Shown here: positions 63,578-64,000 of the stretch, in pieces
Layout: each line of letters begins with the position of its first letter
How positions within the stretch are numbered: the stretch's first letter is position 1
DNA from: Squalus acanthias
Lineage: Eukaryota
Direction: 5' to 3'
NCBI GenBank assembly: GCA_030390025.1
Contig: CM059434.1
Location: 96,472,001-96,536,000, forward strand
Length of the DNA: 64,000 bases
Notes under the pieces: generated by a model
Told to the model about the DNA's origin: nothing
Seen by the model: the letters and a program-made list of their open reading frames with translations, nothing else
Databases searched by the model: none
Position numbers and translations under genes: made by a program

Positions 63578-64000
63578 ATCATAGAAATTTACAGTACAGA
63601 AGGAGGCCATTCGATCCATCGTGTCTGTGCCGGCCGAAAAAGAGCTATCCAGCCTGATCCCACTTTCCAGCTCTTGGTCCGTAGCCTTGCAGGTTACGGT
63701 ACTTCAAGTATATATCCAAGAACTTTTTAAATGTGATGAGGGTTTCTGCCTCTACCACCCTTTCAGGCAGTGAGCTCCAGACCCTCGGTGAAAAAGTTCT
63801 CAACTCCCCTTTAATCCTTCTACCAATTACTTTAAATCTATGCCCACTGGTTATTGACCTCTCTGCGAAGGGAAATAGGTCCTTCCTATCCATTCTATCT
63901 TGACCCCCCATAATTTTATACACCGCAATTAAGTCTCCCCTGAGCTGCCTCTGTTCTAAAGAAAACAACCCCAGCCTATCCAATCTTTCCTCATAGCTAA
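63578..64000 (-). mobile_element. CR1 LINE 3' fragment, continuing past the window edge
   Basis: ORF 63645..63983 contains DRLGLFSLEQRQLRGDLIAVYKIM. Confidence 0.92.

Overview
Eukaryotic (vertebrate) genomic DNA. The repeat content (CR1, L2, RTE, Tx1, Penelope fragments, Deu-domain SINEs and GC-rich Harbinger-type elements) looks like a cartilaginous fish (shark); this is an inference. The window holds the 3' part of ANKS1B (AIDA-1/EB-1) on the minus strand. Nine phase-0 coding exons with GT-AG boundaries encode the end of SAM1, SAM2 (split by a 33-kb intron), the linker and the PTB domain. I could not identify the terminal exon with certainty. The introns carry a 4.06-kb PIF/Harbinger element with a spliced Myb/SANT gene, an internally deleted transposase and a nested MITE, plus several Harbinger-type MITEs with 3-bp target duplications. 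The most notable observations are: (1) a perfect 86-bp-arm palindrome with a 13-bp TSD carrying a minimal hammerhead ribozyme motif on both strands; (2) an 80-bp copy of an ANKS1B exon end plus its splice donor, joined to a perfect 21-bp hairpin between two inverted SINEs; (3) a 33-bp fold-back at the 5' junction of a young RTE insertion; (4) two classes of subterminal motifs that separate the Harbinger families. Most entries in the ORF track are spurious. All coordinates were read by eye.
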